DNA from: an uncultured candidate division Zixibacteria bacterium
GTDB taxonomy: Bacteria; Zixibacteria; MSB-5A5; UBA10806
NCBI GenBank assembly: GCA_963817915.1
Contig: CAWFQL010000011.1
Location: forward strand, 239,563 to 303,562
DNA: 64,000 bases
Direction: 5' to 3'
Shown here: in pieces, positions 29,507-40,548 of the stretch
How positions within the stretch are numbered: position 1 is the stretch's first letter
How the letters are laid out: each line of letters begins with the position of its first letter
Notes under the pieces: generated by a model
What the model saw: the letters and a program-made list of their open reading frames with translations, nothing else
Databases searched by the model: none
Told to the model about the DNA's origin: nothing
Translations under genes and position numbers: made by a program

Positions 29507-29578
29507 GGAAGGAGTCATTGATTAACTTAAAGGGTTTCTCATCGCTAATGACTACTCCTTCCGGGTAGTCGTTTTTTT
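29507..29578 (+). promoter_or_regulatory. Candidate terminator/antiterminator leader upstream of thrS
   Basis: GGAAGGAGTCATT pairs with AATGACTACTCCTTCC; alternatively AATGACTAC pairs with GTAGTCGTT, followed by T7. Confidence 0.55.
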
Positions 29579-29583
29579 ATTTT

Positions 29584-31521
29584 ATGGCAAAAGTAAAAAT
29601 AAAATTTCCGGACAATTCCTTCAGGGAATTCGTCGCGCCGGTTACGCCGGCTCAAGTCGCGGCCTCGATCTCCAGAAGCCTGGAGAAGAAGGCGCTGGCG
29701 GCCATGGTCGATGATAAGACTGTCGATCTATCATTTCCGATTGAGCATGATTGCGCCCTAAAGATATCTCACATTCGATGATGACAAGGGGAAGGAAGTC
29801 TTTTGGCATTCATCGGCGCATATAATGGCGACCGCGATTATGGAGCTTTATCCCGAGACCAAATTGGCAATCGGTCCATGCCATTCCAAATGATTTTTCG
29901 GCAAGATTTTATTATGATATTGATCTGCCGGAGAAACTAACCGAAGCTCGAGCTTGGCAAAATTGAATCCAAGATGATGGAAATTGCCAATGGCAACCAG
30001 CCTTTCGTGAGAAAAGAATCAGACAGACAATCGGCCCTAAAGGATTTCCAGAAGATCGGAGATATCTACAAGGCCGAAATGGCATCCGAAATGACTGACG
30101 ATAAGCTCAGTTTTTATACCAACGGCGATTTTACCGATATGTGCCGTGGCCCGCATCTGCCATCGACCGGTTTTGTTAAGGCGGTCAAATTGCTTACGGT
30201 TGCCGGAGCTTATTGGCGCGGCGATGAAAAGAATAAAATGCTTCAGCGCATATACGGTGTCACTTTCCCGGATAAGGCAATGCTCGACGAGCATATCGCG
30301 AAGATCGAAGAAGCCAAAAAACGCGATCATCGTTTCCTGGGACGCGATCTCGATCTTTTCTCGATGGTCGATGAAATCGGCGCCGGGTTGGTGCTCTGGC
30401 ATCCCAGAGGCGCGTTTATTCGAAATAAAATTGAGGCATTTTGGAAAGAAGAGCATCTCAATAATGGTTATGAATTGGTTTATTCGCCTCATATAGCAAA
30501 ATTCGATCTTTGGAAGACCTCGGGGCATGCCGGTTTCTATTCCGAAAATATGTATGCTACCATGCTCATCGATAATGTCGAATATGAGATCAAGCCGATG
30601 AATTGCCCGTTCCATATTCAAATTTATAAATCAAAGACTCGAAGCTATCGCGATCTGCCTATCCGCTGGGCAGAGCTCGGAACGGTTTATCGTTACGAAC
30701 GTTCCGGTGTATTGCATGGCCTGATGAGAGTCCGAGGCTTTACTCAGGACGACGCTCACCTGTTTTGCCGTCCCGATCAGCTTGAAGAAGAGTTGATTCG
30801 TACTATTAATTTCAATCTCTTCTTTTTGAGGACTTTCGGTTTTGATAACTACGAAGTTTTCTTATCTACGCGGCCCGAAAAATATGTCGGCTCGCCTGAA
30901 GGATGGGAGCTGGCTACTGAATCATTAAAGCATGCGCTTGAAAAGGCACAGCTGAATTACAAAATCGACCCCGGTGAGGGAGTTTTCTACGGTCCTAAGA
31001 TTGATATTAAAATCAAGGACAGCCTTGGCAGATTCTGGCAATGTACGACAATCCAGGTGGATTTCAACCTGCCTGAAAGATTCAATGTTGAATATATCGC
31101 GGAAGACGGTCAAAGGAAACGTCCGATCATGATTCATCGGGCTTTGCTCGGGTCGTTGGAAAGATTTTTCGGAATTATTATCGAACATTACGCCGGCAAC
31201 TTCCCATTATGGCTTGCCCCTGAGCAAATCCGCATCCTTCCTGTCACCGATCAATGGAACGAATATGGCAGGGATATAGTTAAGCTATTCGCGGATGCGG
31301 GGCTCAAAGCTACAATTGACGAAACCAGCGAAAAGATCGGCAAGAAGATTCATCTGGCGGAAAGCCTGAAAACCCCTTATATGGCGGTTGTCGGGAAGAA
31401 TGAGGCCGAAACATCCGAGATATCATTGCGCAAACACCGGGTAGGGGATTTGGGTAAATTTAAAATTGAAAAAGCTATTGAGATGCTATTAGATGAAAAT
31501 AAAAAGAAAGCGCTCAAATAA
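29584..31521 (+). CDS. thrS: Threonine--tRNA ligase (about three frameshifts within 29765-29950)
   Basis: TGS domain start, [10 protein letters not shown] in shifted frame, [35 protein letters not shown]. Confidence 0.95.
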
Positions 31522-31547
31522 AGTAAATTATAACGGGAGGATTAAGG

Positions 31548-32066
31548 ATCGCTTACGAACCAGAAGTTAGAATCAATCGCCAAATAAGGGTGCCGGAAGT
31601 ACGATTGATCGATGAAGACGGATCTCAGGTCGGGGTAGTTCCCACGGCTAAGGCGCTCGAGATTGCTATCAGTAAAAGCCTGGATTTGGTGGAAGTTGCC
31701 GCCAATGTCAAGCCGCCGGTTTGCCGAATCATGGATTACGGCAAATATCACTACGAACAATCAAAGAAAACCAAGGCGGCCAAAAAGAAGCAGCATACTA
31801 TTCAGCTCAAAGAAATGAGATTCAGGCCGAAAACTGAAGAGCATGACTATCAATTCAAATTGCAGCACATCATCGCGTTTCTCGCTGAAGGCTTTAAAGT
31901 CAAGGCGACAGTGGTTTACAGAGGCCGAGAGTTGGTTCACAAGGAATTGGGCCAAAAGATTATGGATAGGCTTCTGATAGACCTGAAAGAGTTCGGTGAG
32001 CCCGAAGCCAACATGAAGCTTGAAGGGCGAAATCTCTCGGTGATGTTTTTAGCAAAGAAAAAATAG
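31548..32066 (+). CDS. infC: Translation initiation factor IF-3 with probable ATC start
   Basis: GGAGG 7 nt upstream of in-frame ATC; RINRQIRVPEVRLI, PPVCRIMDYGK, KEMRFRP. Confidence 0.93.
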   Translation: MAYEPEVRINRQIRVPEVRLIDEDGSQVGVVPTAKALEIAISKSLDLVEVAANVKPPVCRIMDYGKYHYEQSKKTKAAKKKQHTIQLKEMRFRPKTEEHDYQFKLQHIIAFLAEGFKVKATVVYRGRELVHKELGQKIMDRLLIDLKEFGEPEANMKLEGRNLSVMFLAKKK

Positions 32067-32115
32067 GTTTTAAGGCCTTAGCAAAATAGTTTAACTTATT
32101 CTTAATAGTTTTCTA

Positions 32116-32144
32116 TTGCATACAGGCTTGCGATAGGCTATATT
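32116..32144 (+). promoter_or_regulatory. Sigma70-type promoter for rpmI-rplT
   Basis: TTGCAT-N17-TATATT. Confidence 0.5.
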
Positions 32145-32164
32145 AGCGCTTTAAAGGAGAATGG

Positions 32165-32359
32165 ATGCCTAAGCTAAAGACAAATCGTTCCGCAGCCAAA
32201 AGATTCAAAAAGACCGGAACAGGAAAAATAAAGAGAGGCAAAACGAGCAAGAGACACATCTTGACCAAGAAGACTACTGCTCGCAAACGGAAACTTCGTA
32301 AGGGAGCATTGGTTGATAAGGCTGATGCAAAGCGAATTAACCGGATGCTACCATATTAA
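32165..32359 (+). CDS. rpmI: 50S ribosomal protein L35
   Basis: [26 protein letters not shown]. Confidence 0.97.
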   Translation: MPKLKTNRSAAKRFKKTGTGKIKRGKTSKRHILTKKTTARKRKLRKGALVDKADAKRINRMLPY

Positions 32360-32383
32360 TCTCGGATTTAATGGAGTGTAATC

Positions 32384-32734
32384 ATGCCAAGGGCAACTAA
32401 TAACGTAGCGGCGCATCGAAGACATAAAAAAGTACTTGATGCCGCCAAAGGCAATTTCGGGGGTCGTCGCAAATTATACCGCACGGCCAAGGAAACGGTC
32501 CAGAAGGGCATGGTTTATGCCTATCGCGACCGCAGACTCAAGAAAAGAGATTTCAGAAGCTTGTGGATAGTTAGAATTAATGCTGCCACCAGACAGCATG
32601 GCCTTTCGTATTCTGTTTTCATGGATGGCTTGAAAAAGGCGGGCATTCTTTTGAATAGAAAAATGCTTGCTGATATCGCTGTCAACGATAGCGCCGCCTT
32701 TGCGGCTTTGGCCGAGCTGGCCAGGAGCGGGTGA
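32384..32734 (+). CDS. rplT: 50S ribosomal protein L20
   Basis: [30 protein letters not shown]. Confidence 0.97.
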   Translation: MPRATNNVAAHRRHKKVLDAAKGNFGGRRKLYRTAKETVQKGMVYAYRDRRLKKRDFRSLWIVRINAATRQHGLSYSVFMDGLKKAGILLNRKMLADIAVNDSAAFAALAELARSG

Positions 32735-32806
32735 TTCTCGAATCTTGCTTTTGAGAACCCATAACTTTCCTGGCGGGCTTTTCGACCAAAAGCCCGTCTT
32801 GGCGTT

Positions 32807-33823
32807 ATGACAGATATACTAAGCGATTTAGATAATATCCTTAAAGAGGCATTAACAGCATTAAATAATGTCTCCGATAAAAATTCCCTCGAATCATTAA
32901 AAAATCTATATTTGGGGCGTAATGGCAAATTGGCCGAGTTGTCTAAGCTACTGGGTAAGGTTGATAAACAATTCAGACCCGAAATCGGCGCCAAGCTCAA
33001 CGATGCCAAGACAAAAATTACCGATATAATTACGCTCAAATCAGAATCATTTGCTGAAAGCTCCGATTCCGATCAGTTGTTCGACTATACTCTTCCAGGC
33101 TCACGCTCATTTGTGGGAAGACGACATCCGTTATTGCAGACAGTTGATCGAATAGTACAGATCTTCCGAGGCATGGGATTCGCGATCGCTACCGGCCCCG
33201 ATATTGAAACAGATTTTTATAATTTTGATGCCCTCAATACTCCCGAAGATCATCCCGCCCGCGATCTTTCGGATACATTCTATATTGAAAAAGGGATATT
33301 GTTAAGGACTCATACATCTACTGTCCAGATCAGGACGATGCAATCGCAGAAGCCGCCGGTGAGAGTAATTTCGCCGGGGCGATGCTATCGTTCCGATGCG
33401 CTCGATGCCAGCCATTCGCCTGTATTTTTCCAATGCGAAGGACTGTATGTTGATAATCATGTCACTTTCGCCGACCTCAAGGGCACAATAACTGCATTTG
33501 CCCACGAGATGTTCGGCCCCGATATCAAGGTTCGTTTCAGACCCCATTTTTTTCCATTCACCGAACCGTCGGCCGAATACGATTTTTCGTGCATGATTTG
33601 CGGCGGCAAGGGCTGCCGTGTTTGCAAGCATAGCGGATGGGTCGAAATATCCGGCGCCGGCATGGTTGATCCCGAAGTATTCAAGGCTGTCGGATATGAT
33701 CCTGAAAAATATTCAGGCTTCGCGTTCGGAATGGGAGTCGATCGAATTACCATGCTCAGATATAGAATCAATGATATTCGACTCCTCTATGATAATGATG
33801 TCAGATTTTTAAGGCAATTTTAG
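32807..33823 (+). CDS. pheS: Phenylalanine--tRNA ligase alpha subunit
   Basis: HPARD..DTFY, LRTHTS, FPFTEPS, GFAFGMG. Confidence 0.97.
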   Translation: MTDILSDLDNILKEALTALNNVSDKNSLESLKNLYLGRNGKLAELSKLLGKVDKQFRPEIGAKLNDAKTKITDIITLKSESFAESSDSDQLFDYTLPGSRSFVGRRHPLLQTVDRIVQIFRGMGFAIATGPDIETDFYNFDALNTPEDHPARDLSDTFYIEKGILLRTHTSTVQIRTMQSQKPPVRVISPGRCYRSDALDASHSPVFFQCEGLYVDNHVTFADLKGTITAFAHEMFGPDIKVRFRPHFFPFTEPSAEYDFSCMICGGKGCRVCKHSGWVEISGAGMVDPEVFKAVGYDPEKYSGFAFGMGVDRITMLRYRINDIRLLYDNDVRFLRQF

Positions 33824-36208
33824 ATGAAGATTTCTTATAATTTATTAAAGACCCTGATCGATTTCAATTGGACTACCGACGAGCTTGCCGAACGACTTAC
33901 CATGTCCGGCAGTGAAGTCGAAGGAATCGAGCAAAAAGGCCGGGATATCAAAGGCGTAATCTTCGCCAAGGTCGTATCAGTTGAGAAAATAACCGGTTCG
34001 GACAAGCTGTCATTATGTAAAGTCTTTGACGGCACAACTAACCTTCAAGTGGTCTGTGGCGCACCAAATGTAGCATCTGGTATGATTGCTCTACTTGCCC
34101 CGGTGGGTTCGACTCTCCCAGGGATAGGAAAAATGGCAAAAGCAACTATTCATGGCCACAAATCCGACGGTATGTTGCTTTCCGAAAAGGAGTTGGGCTT
34201 CTCCGACTATGGCGATGGAATAGCTGAATTACCCGCATCAGTCAAGCCTGGGACGCCTTTGCAAGATATTGTCAATTATAATGATACTGTATATGAATTA
34301 GAAATTACACCCAATCGGCCCGATTGCCTTTCGCATATCGGAATTGCTCGGGAGATACAGGCGCTTGGCGGTGGGCGCATTAAAATGCCGGATTGTCGTC
34401 TGGCTGAGGCGAAAAGCGATGTTAGCCTGAGCCTGAAAATCGCCATAGACAGCCCACAGGATTGCCCGCGATATACGGGCAGAGTTGTCCGCAATATAAA
34501 AGTAAATGAATCGCCGTTATGGCTAAAGATAATGGTCTATTACCTCGGTATGAGGCCAATCAATAATGTTGTAGATATTAGTAACTTCGTGATGATGGAG
34601 CTCGGGCATCCGCTTCACGCCTTCGACTATGACTTGTTTAGTAAGCCAGAAGTTATTGTAAGAAAAGCGGTTGTCGGTGAAGAATTTATTACACTCGACA
34701 ATGTCAAACGGAAACTCAATGCTAATCATCTGCTTATTACAGATGGTGCAGAAGGCGTGGCAATCGCAGGCATTATGGGTGGTCTGAAGTCCGAAGTCTC
34801 CGAGAAGACCGCTAATATTTTGCTGGAATCAGCTTATTTCAATCCAATTACGATTCGACGAGGTTCCAAAGCTCTAAGTTTGGCTACGGAATCATCCCGA
34901 CGATTTGAGCGCGGCGCCGATCCTAACATGGCCCCTATCGCGAATGATCGTGCCTGCAAACTTATTCAGGATTTGGCGGGCGGCGAGATATTAAGGGGAA
35001 TGGTTGACGCACATCCCAAGCCATTTGTCCCGGTCGAGATTACACTTAGGCCGACTCAGGTTGAACATCTGCTTGGTGCGCCAATAAATATTAAAGAAAT
35101 TACCACTATATTGAATGGGCTTGATGTTAAGACCAGTGTCAATGGTAATATTAAGGCGATTCAGCCCAGTTTCCGTCCCGATCTTTTAAGAGAAGTTGAT
35201 CTTATTGAAGAAATAGCCCGGGTGCGAGGTTTCGAAAGTATTCCGCCGGCATTTTGTCCTGGCGGGACATTAGGTACGGCCGAATCCAAATTCCATCGCA
35301 TTAGAGAAAAGGTCAGGGCCTTCATGGTCGGATATGGAGCCAATGAGATATTCCCGATTACCCTCGTGGACAGCAAAATGGTGGCGAAATTCGACCTGCT
35401 TGAAAATTCGGTCAGGCTGATAAATCCTCTTTCCGAGGAAATGGCAGTTGCCCGTCCCAATCTTATTGTCTCGATGCTGCCTATTATTAAGCGCAATTTG
35501 AATTTTAAGGAAAAGAATCTATTTTTATTTGATATCGGTGATATTTTCCATCCGGTTGAAAAAGGGAAGCTGCCTGCTCAGCATGCCAGTATGGCAATTG
35601 GAATAACTGGAATTGAGCGACCTGATTTTTGGGGTGGGCAGGCGCGTAAACGAGATATTTACTCGCTCAAGGCTGTTTTAGAGGACTTAATTGACCATTT
35701 ACAGGCCGGTCAAATTAATTTACAGCCAACCCCTTATTTTGCATTTGAAAAAGGGCAGTCTTTTAAAGTATATTGTAATGGTATTGAAATCGGATATCTC
35801 GGCAAGTTATCTGCCGATGGAAATTCGATAGCGGATATTAAGGAGGATGTATTCTTGGCGGAAGTGAATTTTGAGGATATTGTGAAGAATACTCCCGATT
35901 CAATTGTCGCGAAGGAACTTGCCAGATTCCCATCTGCGGATAGGGATATCGCTATCATAGTAGATGATAAAGTAAAAGCCGAGGATATTCGTCGTGACAT
36001 AATAAAGACCGGCGGCGATATTGTCGAGACCGCGTGGATTTTCGATCTGTATCGTGGAAAGAATATACCGTCGGGAAAAAAGAGTCTAGCATTTGGAATT
36101 AAATATCGTCTGCCTGACCGCACATTGACTGATGATGAGGTGGATCAGGCGCATAAATCGATAATAAACGCTCTGGAAGCAAAATTCGGGGCACAACTTA
36201 GAAGCTGA
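33824..36208 (+). CDS. pheT: Phenylalanine--tRNA ligase beta subunit
   Basis: VCGAPN, TPNRPDCLS, RFERG.DP, FDLYRG..KSLA..RTLTD. Confidence 0.97.
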   Translation: MKISYNLLKTLIDFNWTTDELAERLTMSGSEVEGIEQKGRDIKGVIFAKVVSVEKITGSDKLSLCKVFDGTTNLQVVCGAPNVASGMIALLAPVGSTLPGIGKMAKATIHGHKSDGMLLSEKELGFSDYGDGIAELPASVKPGTPLQDIVNYNDTVYELEITPNRPDCLSHIGIAREIQALGGGRIKMPDCRLAEAKSDVSLSLKIAIDSPQDCPRYTGRVVRNIKVNESPLWLKIMVYYLGMRPINNVVDISNFVMMELGHPLHAFDYDLFSKPEVIVRKAVVGEEFITLDNVKRKLNANHLLITDGAEGVAIAGIMGGLKSEVSEKTANILLESAYFNPITIRRGSKALSLATESSRRFERGADPNMAPIANDRACKLIQDLAGGEILRGMVDAHPKPFVPVEITLRPTQVEHLLGAPINIKEITTILNGLDVKTSVNGNIKAIQPSFRPDLLREVDLIEEIARVRGFESIPPAFCPGGTLGTAESKFHRIREKVRAFMVGYGANEIFPITLVDSKMVAKFDLLENSVRLINPLSEEMAVARPNLIVSMLPIIKRNLNFKEKNLFLFDIGDIFHPVEKGKLPAQHASMAIGITGIERPDFWGGQARKRDIYSLKAVLEDLIDHLQAGQINLQPTPYFAFEKGQSFKVYCNGIEIGYLGKLSADGNSIADIKEDVFLAEVNFEDIVKNTPDSIVAKELARFPSADRDIAIIVDDKVKAEDIRRDIIKTGGDIVETAWIFDLYRGKNIPSGKKSLAFGIKYRLPDRTLTDDEVDQAHKSIINALEAKFGAQLRS

Positions 36209-36217
36209 GAGCAGACT

Positions 36218-36499
36218 ATGAATATTGAAATGTTGAATGATTTGGAGGAAAAGATTGACCGCGCGGTGACAATTATCGCCGGTTTGAAAAATGATAAACA
36301 AAAGCTCGAAAGGGAGAACGAATCCTTGAGGCGTCAGGCCGAAGATTTTCGAAAAGAGTTTGAGGACTATAAATCATCCGAAAAACAAAAATTCGATAAT
36401 CTATTGGCTACTCACCGTGAAATTGACGGTAAGGTCATCAAAGACCGACTGGAAAAATTGGTGGGTAAACTGGCGGCCCTCGAGGAAAGTTGGAATTAA
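36218..36499 (+). CDS. ZapB-like coiled-coil cell division protein
   Basis: LEEKIDRAV.II..LK coiled coil between pheT and zapA. Confidence 0.65.
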   Translation: MNIEMLNDLEEKIDRAVTIIAGLKNDKQKLERENESLRRQAEDFRKEFEDYKSSEKQKFDNLLATHREIDGKVIKDRLEKLVGKLAALEESWN

Positions 36500-36522
36500 T
36501 TTATATATAGCGGACGCTGAAA

Positions 36523-36801
36523 ATGGAGAAAATTCGAGTAGCAGTGACCATCTTCGGTAAGGAGTATAATATTACTTCCGAAGTTGGTCCAGAATATATA
36601 GTAAAGGCAGCAAGTTATCTCGATTCCAAGATGAAGGAGGTATCGGCCACATTCCCGAACCTCTCAGAAAATCGAGTAGCAGTGCTGGCAGCATTAAATA
36701 TTACCGACGAACTTTTCCGAACCCGGGAGGAACAGAATACTTCTCCCGAGATGGAAAAGAAGATCGGCGATTTGGCTCGAAAGCTTTCCGAAATTCAGTA
36801 A
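36523..36801 (+). CDS. zapA: Cell division protein ZapA
   Basis: V.IFGKEY, A.YLD.KM, AVLAALNITDEL. Confidence 0.92.
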   Translation: MEKIRVAVTIFGKEYNITSEVGPEYIVKAASYLDSKMKEVSATFPNLSENRVAVLAALNITDELFRTREEQNTSPEMEKKIGDLARKLSEIQ

Positions 36802-36836
36802 TTTATATATAAGCGTCCGCCCCAAATGGAGGAACA

Positions 36837-38402
36837 ATGGGACAGCCGACGTTAATCATCCTGGTATCGGCAGGTGTGGCAGTATTAGCATTTGTGATCG
36901 GCTTGCTTATTTCCCGGAAATCGGGAGAAGGCAGGATTTCAAAAGCTGAAGCTCTCGCATCCAAAATAGTTGCCGAGGCCGAAAGATCCGCGGAAATCAA
37001 AAAGAAAGAAGCGGTTTTAGAGGCAAAGGACGAATGGTTCAAGACCAAACAGAGATTCGACAAAGAGACTCAGGCAAGAAAAGGCGAAATCGCCAAGCTC
37101 GAACAGGCCTTACAAGTCAAAGAGAGTAATCTCAACCGCAAAGTAGATATACTCAATAAAAAAGAAACCGAAATCGGTCAGCGTGATAAGGCCCTGACTG
37201 TCAAAGAAAAGGTGGCAGAAACCAAGGAGAAAGACCTTGAACGCCTGATTGCCGAGCAAAATACTCAACTCGAAAAAATGGCAGGCATGACCTCGGAAGA
37301 GGCCAAGAAGCTTCTGCTTTCCAATTTGGAGGCCGAGGCCAGAAGAGATGCCGCCTCGATGATAAAGGAAATTAAGGAAGAGGCCGAACGGAACGCCGAC
37401 AAAGAGGCCAAAAATATTATCATACAAGCGATTCAACGTTGCGCCGCGGACTATGCCGCAGAATCGAGTGTATCAGTAGTCAATTTGCCATCGGATGAGA
37501 TGAAAGGCCGCATTATCGGCCGTGAGGGCAGAAATATCCGCTGCTTTGAAACTGCGACCGGTATCGATGTCATTGTGGACGATACTCCCGAGGCGGTTAT
37601 TCTTTCGGGCTATGATCCTGTCAGAAGAGAAGTCGCTCGCATGGCATTGGAGAAGCTTATCATAGATGGCCGAATTCATCCTTCGAGAATCGAAGAGGTA
37701 GTCGGTAAGGCCGAAAAGGAAATGGAAGTCATTATCAGAGAGACAGGCGAGCAGGCATGTTTCGACGTTGGAGTTCATGGTGTCCATCCGGAAATAGTGA
37801 AGCTGCTCGGTAAGCTGAATTTCAGGACGTCATATGGTCAGAATGTCCTTCAGCATTCCAAAGAAGTCTCGATTATCTGCGGAATTATGGCTGCTGAATT
37901 GAATCTCGATGGCACTTTAGCCAAACGATCCGGCCTACTGCATGATATCGGCAAGGCTATCGATCGTGAGACCGAAGGTACCCATACTCAAATCGGTTTT
38001 GAATTCGCTACCAAGTTTAATGAGAATAAGACAGTCCTTAACGCCATGGCCAGCCACCACGAAGATGTGGCAATGGAAACACCATACGCGGTATTGGTGC
38101 AAGCGGCCGATGCAATTTCAGGCGCGCGACCGGGTGCTAGACGTGAAACGTTAGAGGGCTATATCAAACGTCTAGAAAAATTGGAAGAGATGGCCGACGG
38201 TTTCAAAGGCGTAGCCAAGGCCTATGCTATTCAGGCGGGACGTGAAGTAAGAGTGATTGTTGAAGCCGATCAGATGGACGATGTGGCGACAAATAATCTT
38301 GCGGCAGAGATTGCCAGGAAGATCGAATCCGAAATGGAATATCCGGGGCAGATAAAAGTTACGGTGATAAGGGAAGTGAGAGCGGTGGATTATGCCAAGT
38401 AA
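36837..38402 (+). CDS. rny: Ribonuclease Y
   Basis: N-terminal TM, coiled coil, KH ([13 protein letters not shown]), HD (GLLHDIGK), RPGARRE. Confidence 0.97.
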   Translation: MGQPTLIILVSAGVAVLAFVIGLLISRKSGEGRISKAEALASKIVAEAERSAEIKKKEAVLEAKDEWFKTKQRFDKETQARKGEIAKLEQALQVKESNLNRKVDILNKKETEIGQRDKALTVKEKVAETKEKDLERLIAEQNTQLEKMAGMTSEEAKKLLLSNLEAEARRDAASMIKEIKEEAERNADKEAKNIIIQAIQRCAADYAAESSVSVVNLPSDEMKGRIIGREGRNIRCFETATGIDVIVDDTPEAVILSGYDPVRREVARMALEKLIIDGRIHPSRIEEVVGKAEKEMEVIIRETGEQACFDVGVHGVHPEIVKLLGKLNFRTSYGQNVLQHSKEVSIICGIMAAELNLDGTLAKRSGLLHDIGKAIDRETEGTHTQIGFEFATKFNENKTVLNAMASHHEDVAMETPYAVLVQAADAISGARPGARRETLEGYIKRLEKLEEMADGFKGVAKAYAIQAGREVRVIVEADQMDDVATNNLAAEIARKIESEMEYPGQIKVTVIREVRAVDYAK

Positions 38403-38838
38403 GAGGGTACAGGAATTTTATAATTCCAATAGCTTCGCCATATTGGGGCTTTCGAGAAAGAAAGAATCTTTTTCATTCGCGGCTTACAAAGAGCTAGTGG
38501 GTCTGCAAAAGAAAATATACGCGATTAATCCTAATGGCGGTGAATTTCAGGGGCTTCATCTGTACAAATCATTGAATGAACTCCCCGAAAAACCCGAAGC
38601 TCTTATAGTCACGTCTAGCATCAAGAAAAATAATGCCCTATTGGACGAGATTAAAGCGTCAGGGATTAAGAAGATCTGGTTTCAGCAGGGAGTTTGCGAT
38701 AAGGCAATTATCGATAATGCCAAGGGAAAAGGAATTGATCCGATTAATGGCTGTGTATTGATGCATCTGCCTAACGGTCATAAAATGCATGGCTTTCACC
38801 GATTCTTTAATGAGTTGTTTACCAAAGGTTATCAATGA
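38392..38838 (+). CDS. CoA-binding domain protein
   Basis: AILGLSR, YAINP, KIWFQQG, GCVLM. Confidence 0.8.
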   Translation: MPSKRVQEFYNSNSFAILGLSRKKESFSFAAYKELVGLQKKIYAINPNGGEFQGLHLYKSLNELPEKPEALIVTSSIKKNNALLDEIKASGIKKIWFQQGVCDKAIIDNAKGKGIDPINGCVLMHLPNGHKMHGFHRFFNELFTKGYQ

Positions 38839-39656
38839 AAATATTTTTCATTGGCGATATAATCGGGAAACCGGGGATTACATGCGTGGCGGGGTACCTC
38901 GCCGAATGCCGCCGGAAGAATATCAAGTACGATTTCGTAATCGCTAATGTTGAAAATGCCGCGACCGGATTCGGACTTACCAAGGATATTTCTAAAAAGC
39001 TAATCGAATCCGGAGTCGAATGCCAGACATCGGGTAACCATATCTGGGATCGAAAAGAGATATATCCCTATTTCGATGAGGAGCCGCGGCTGATCCGTCC
39101 AGCAAATTACCCGTCTGGTGCGCCAGGATTGGGATACAATATTTATACCGCATCCAATGGCGAAAAGGTCGCTGTGATCAATCTCCAGGGTCGAATATTC
39201 ATGTATGATATCGATTGCCCGTTTAAGACGGCCGATAAAATCATCCTGGAAATTTCGAGAGAGACAAAAACTATCATTGTGGATTTTCACGCTGAAGCTA
39301 CCTCGGAAAAGCAGGCCCTTGGTTGGTATCTCGATGGCAGAGTATCGGCGGTTCTCGGGACTCATACTCATGTCCAGACTGCGGATGAGAAGATATTGCC
39401 ATCGGGAACGGCGTTTATCAGCGATGTCGGTATGACGGGGCCGTATGAATCGGTTATAGGTGTTCACGTAAGCGACGCTCTCTATAGAATAATACAGGGA
39501 CTGCCAAATAGATTTACAACCGCCGAGAACGATATTCGTTTGGCGGCTGTAACGATTGATATCGATCCCGGAACCGGCAAGGCTAAATCGATCAATAGAC
39601 ATTTGATTAAATATATCGAAGATGATGATCCCGCTGAAAAGCAGAGGAGATTTTAA
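38835..39656 (+). CDS. ymdB: YmdB-family metallophosphoesterase
   Basis: GDIIG, NVEN, TSGNHIWD, RPANYP, DFHAEATSEK, GTHTHVQTAD; follows rny. Confidence 0.92.
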   Translation: MKIFFIGDIIGKPGITCVAGYLAECRRKNIKYDFVIANVENAATGFGLTKDISKKLIESGVECQTSGNHIWDRKEIYPYFDEEPRLIRPANYPSGAPGLGYNIYTASNGEKVAVINLQGRIFMYDIDCPFKTADKIILEISRETKTIIVDFHAEATSEKQALGWYLDGRVSAVLGTHTHVQTADEKILPSGTAFISDVGMTGPYESVIGVHVSDALYRIIQGLPNRFTTAENDIRLAAVTIDIDPGTGKAKSINRHLIKYIEDDDPAEKQRRF

Positions 39657-40544
39657 TGGCCGCCGAGATAATCGATGGCAAAAAAATCGCCGAGGAAATA
39701 AAGGCTGAACTCAAAACCGAGATAGAATTTCTAAAATCAAAAGGCATCACTCCGGGACTGGCTGCGGTATTAGTAGGCGATGACCCGGCATCGGCGTTGT
39801 ATGTAAAAATGAAATCCCAGACCTGTCAGAGTGTCGGGATTTTTTCAGAGATCATCAAGAAAGATAAATCAACAACAATCGATGAGTTAATAGATCTCAT
39901 CAATGCCTTGAATGATCGCAAGGATATCGATGGTATTCTCGTTCAAGCGCCATTACCATCCCAAATCGATGAAAAAGTTAGTGACTTTCGCCATTGATCC
40001 CAATAAAGATGTCGATGGTTTTCATCCTCAAAATCAGGGCTTACTCCTGGCGGGTCGACCGTTATTCGAGCCCGCTACACCAATGGGAATAGTGGAATTA
40101 CTGGTTCGTTCCGGCCACAGCCCATATAAAAAGAATGTCGTCATATTAGGCCGTGGTTTTCTGGTTGGCAAGCCATTGGCGGCTATGCTTTCGATGAAAA
40201 CAGAAAAGACCAATGCCACGGTGACATTATGTCATACGGGAACAACTGATATCAAATCCTATACGCTAAGAGCTGACATTATTATTGCCGCGATGGGAAA
40301 AGCGCGGTTCTTGACTGCCGACATGGTCAAACCGGGAGCGGTTGTTATTGATGTTGGTACCAATCAGATCGATGATCCTACGCATCCCAAGGGCAAACGA
40401 CTTGTTGGCGATGTCGATTTCGATGCGGTTAAAGAGGTTGCGGGGGCAATTACACCTGTACCGGGCGGTGTCGGGCCCATGACAATTGCGGCATTATTAA
40501 AAAACACTGTGAAGGCCTGCAAAATCCGAAAATTAAAATCGTAA
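39656..40544 (+). CDS. folD: Methylenetetrahydrofolate dehydrogenase/cyclohydrolase (extra A in run at 39972-39976)
   Basis: IIDGK, GILVQ.PLP, KDVDGFHP, VIDVG, ITPVPGGVGPMT. Confidence 0.94.
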
Positions 40545-40548
40545 ATTT

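Noticed and set aside
29501..29583. T-box riboswitch for thrS
   Set aside because: Too short, with no specifier stem or UGGNACC bulge
29584..29973. thrS (and folD) as pseudogenes or programmed frameshifts
   Set aside because: Essential genes with conserved sequence across the shifts, no slippery heptamer plus structure, and similar indels throughout the window
32735..32806. pheS attenuator (GGCGGGCTTTT/AAAAGCCCGTC hairpin)
   Set aside because: No Phe-rich leader peptide and only a short U-tail; probably a weak terminator or processing stem
36802..36836. 6S RNA expected after zapA
   Set aside because: Only 35 nt separate zapA and rny
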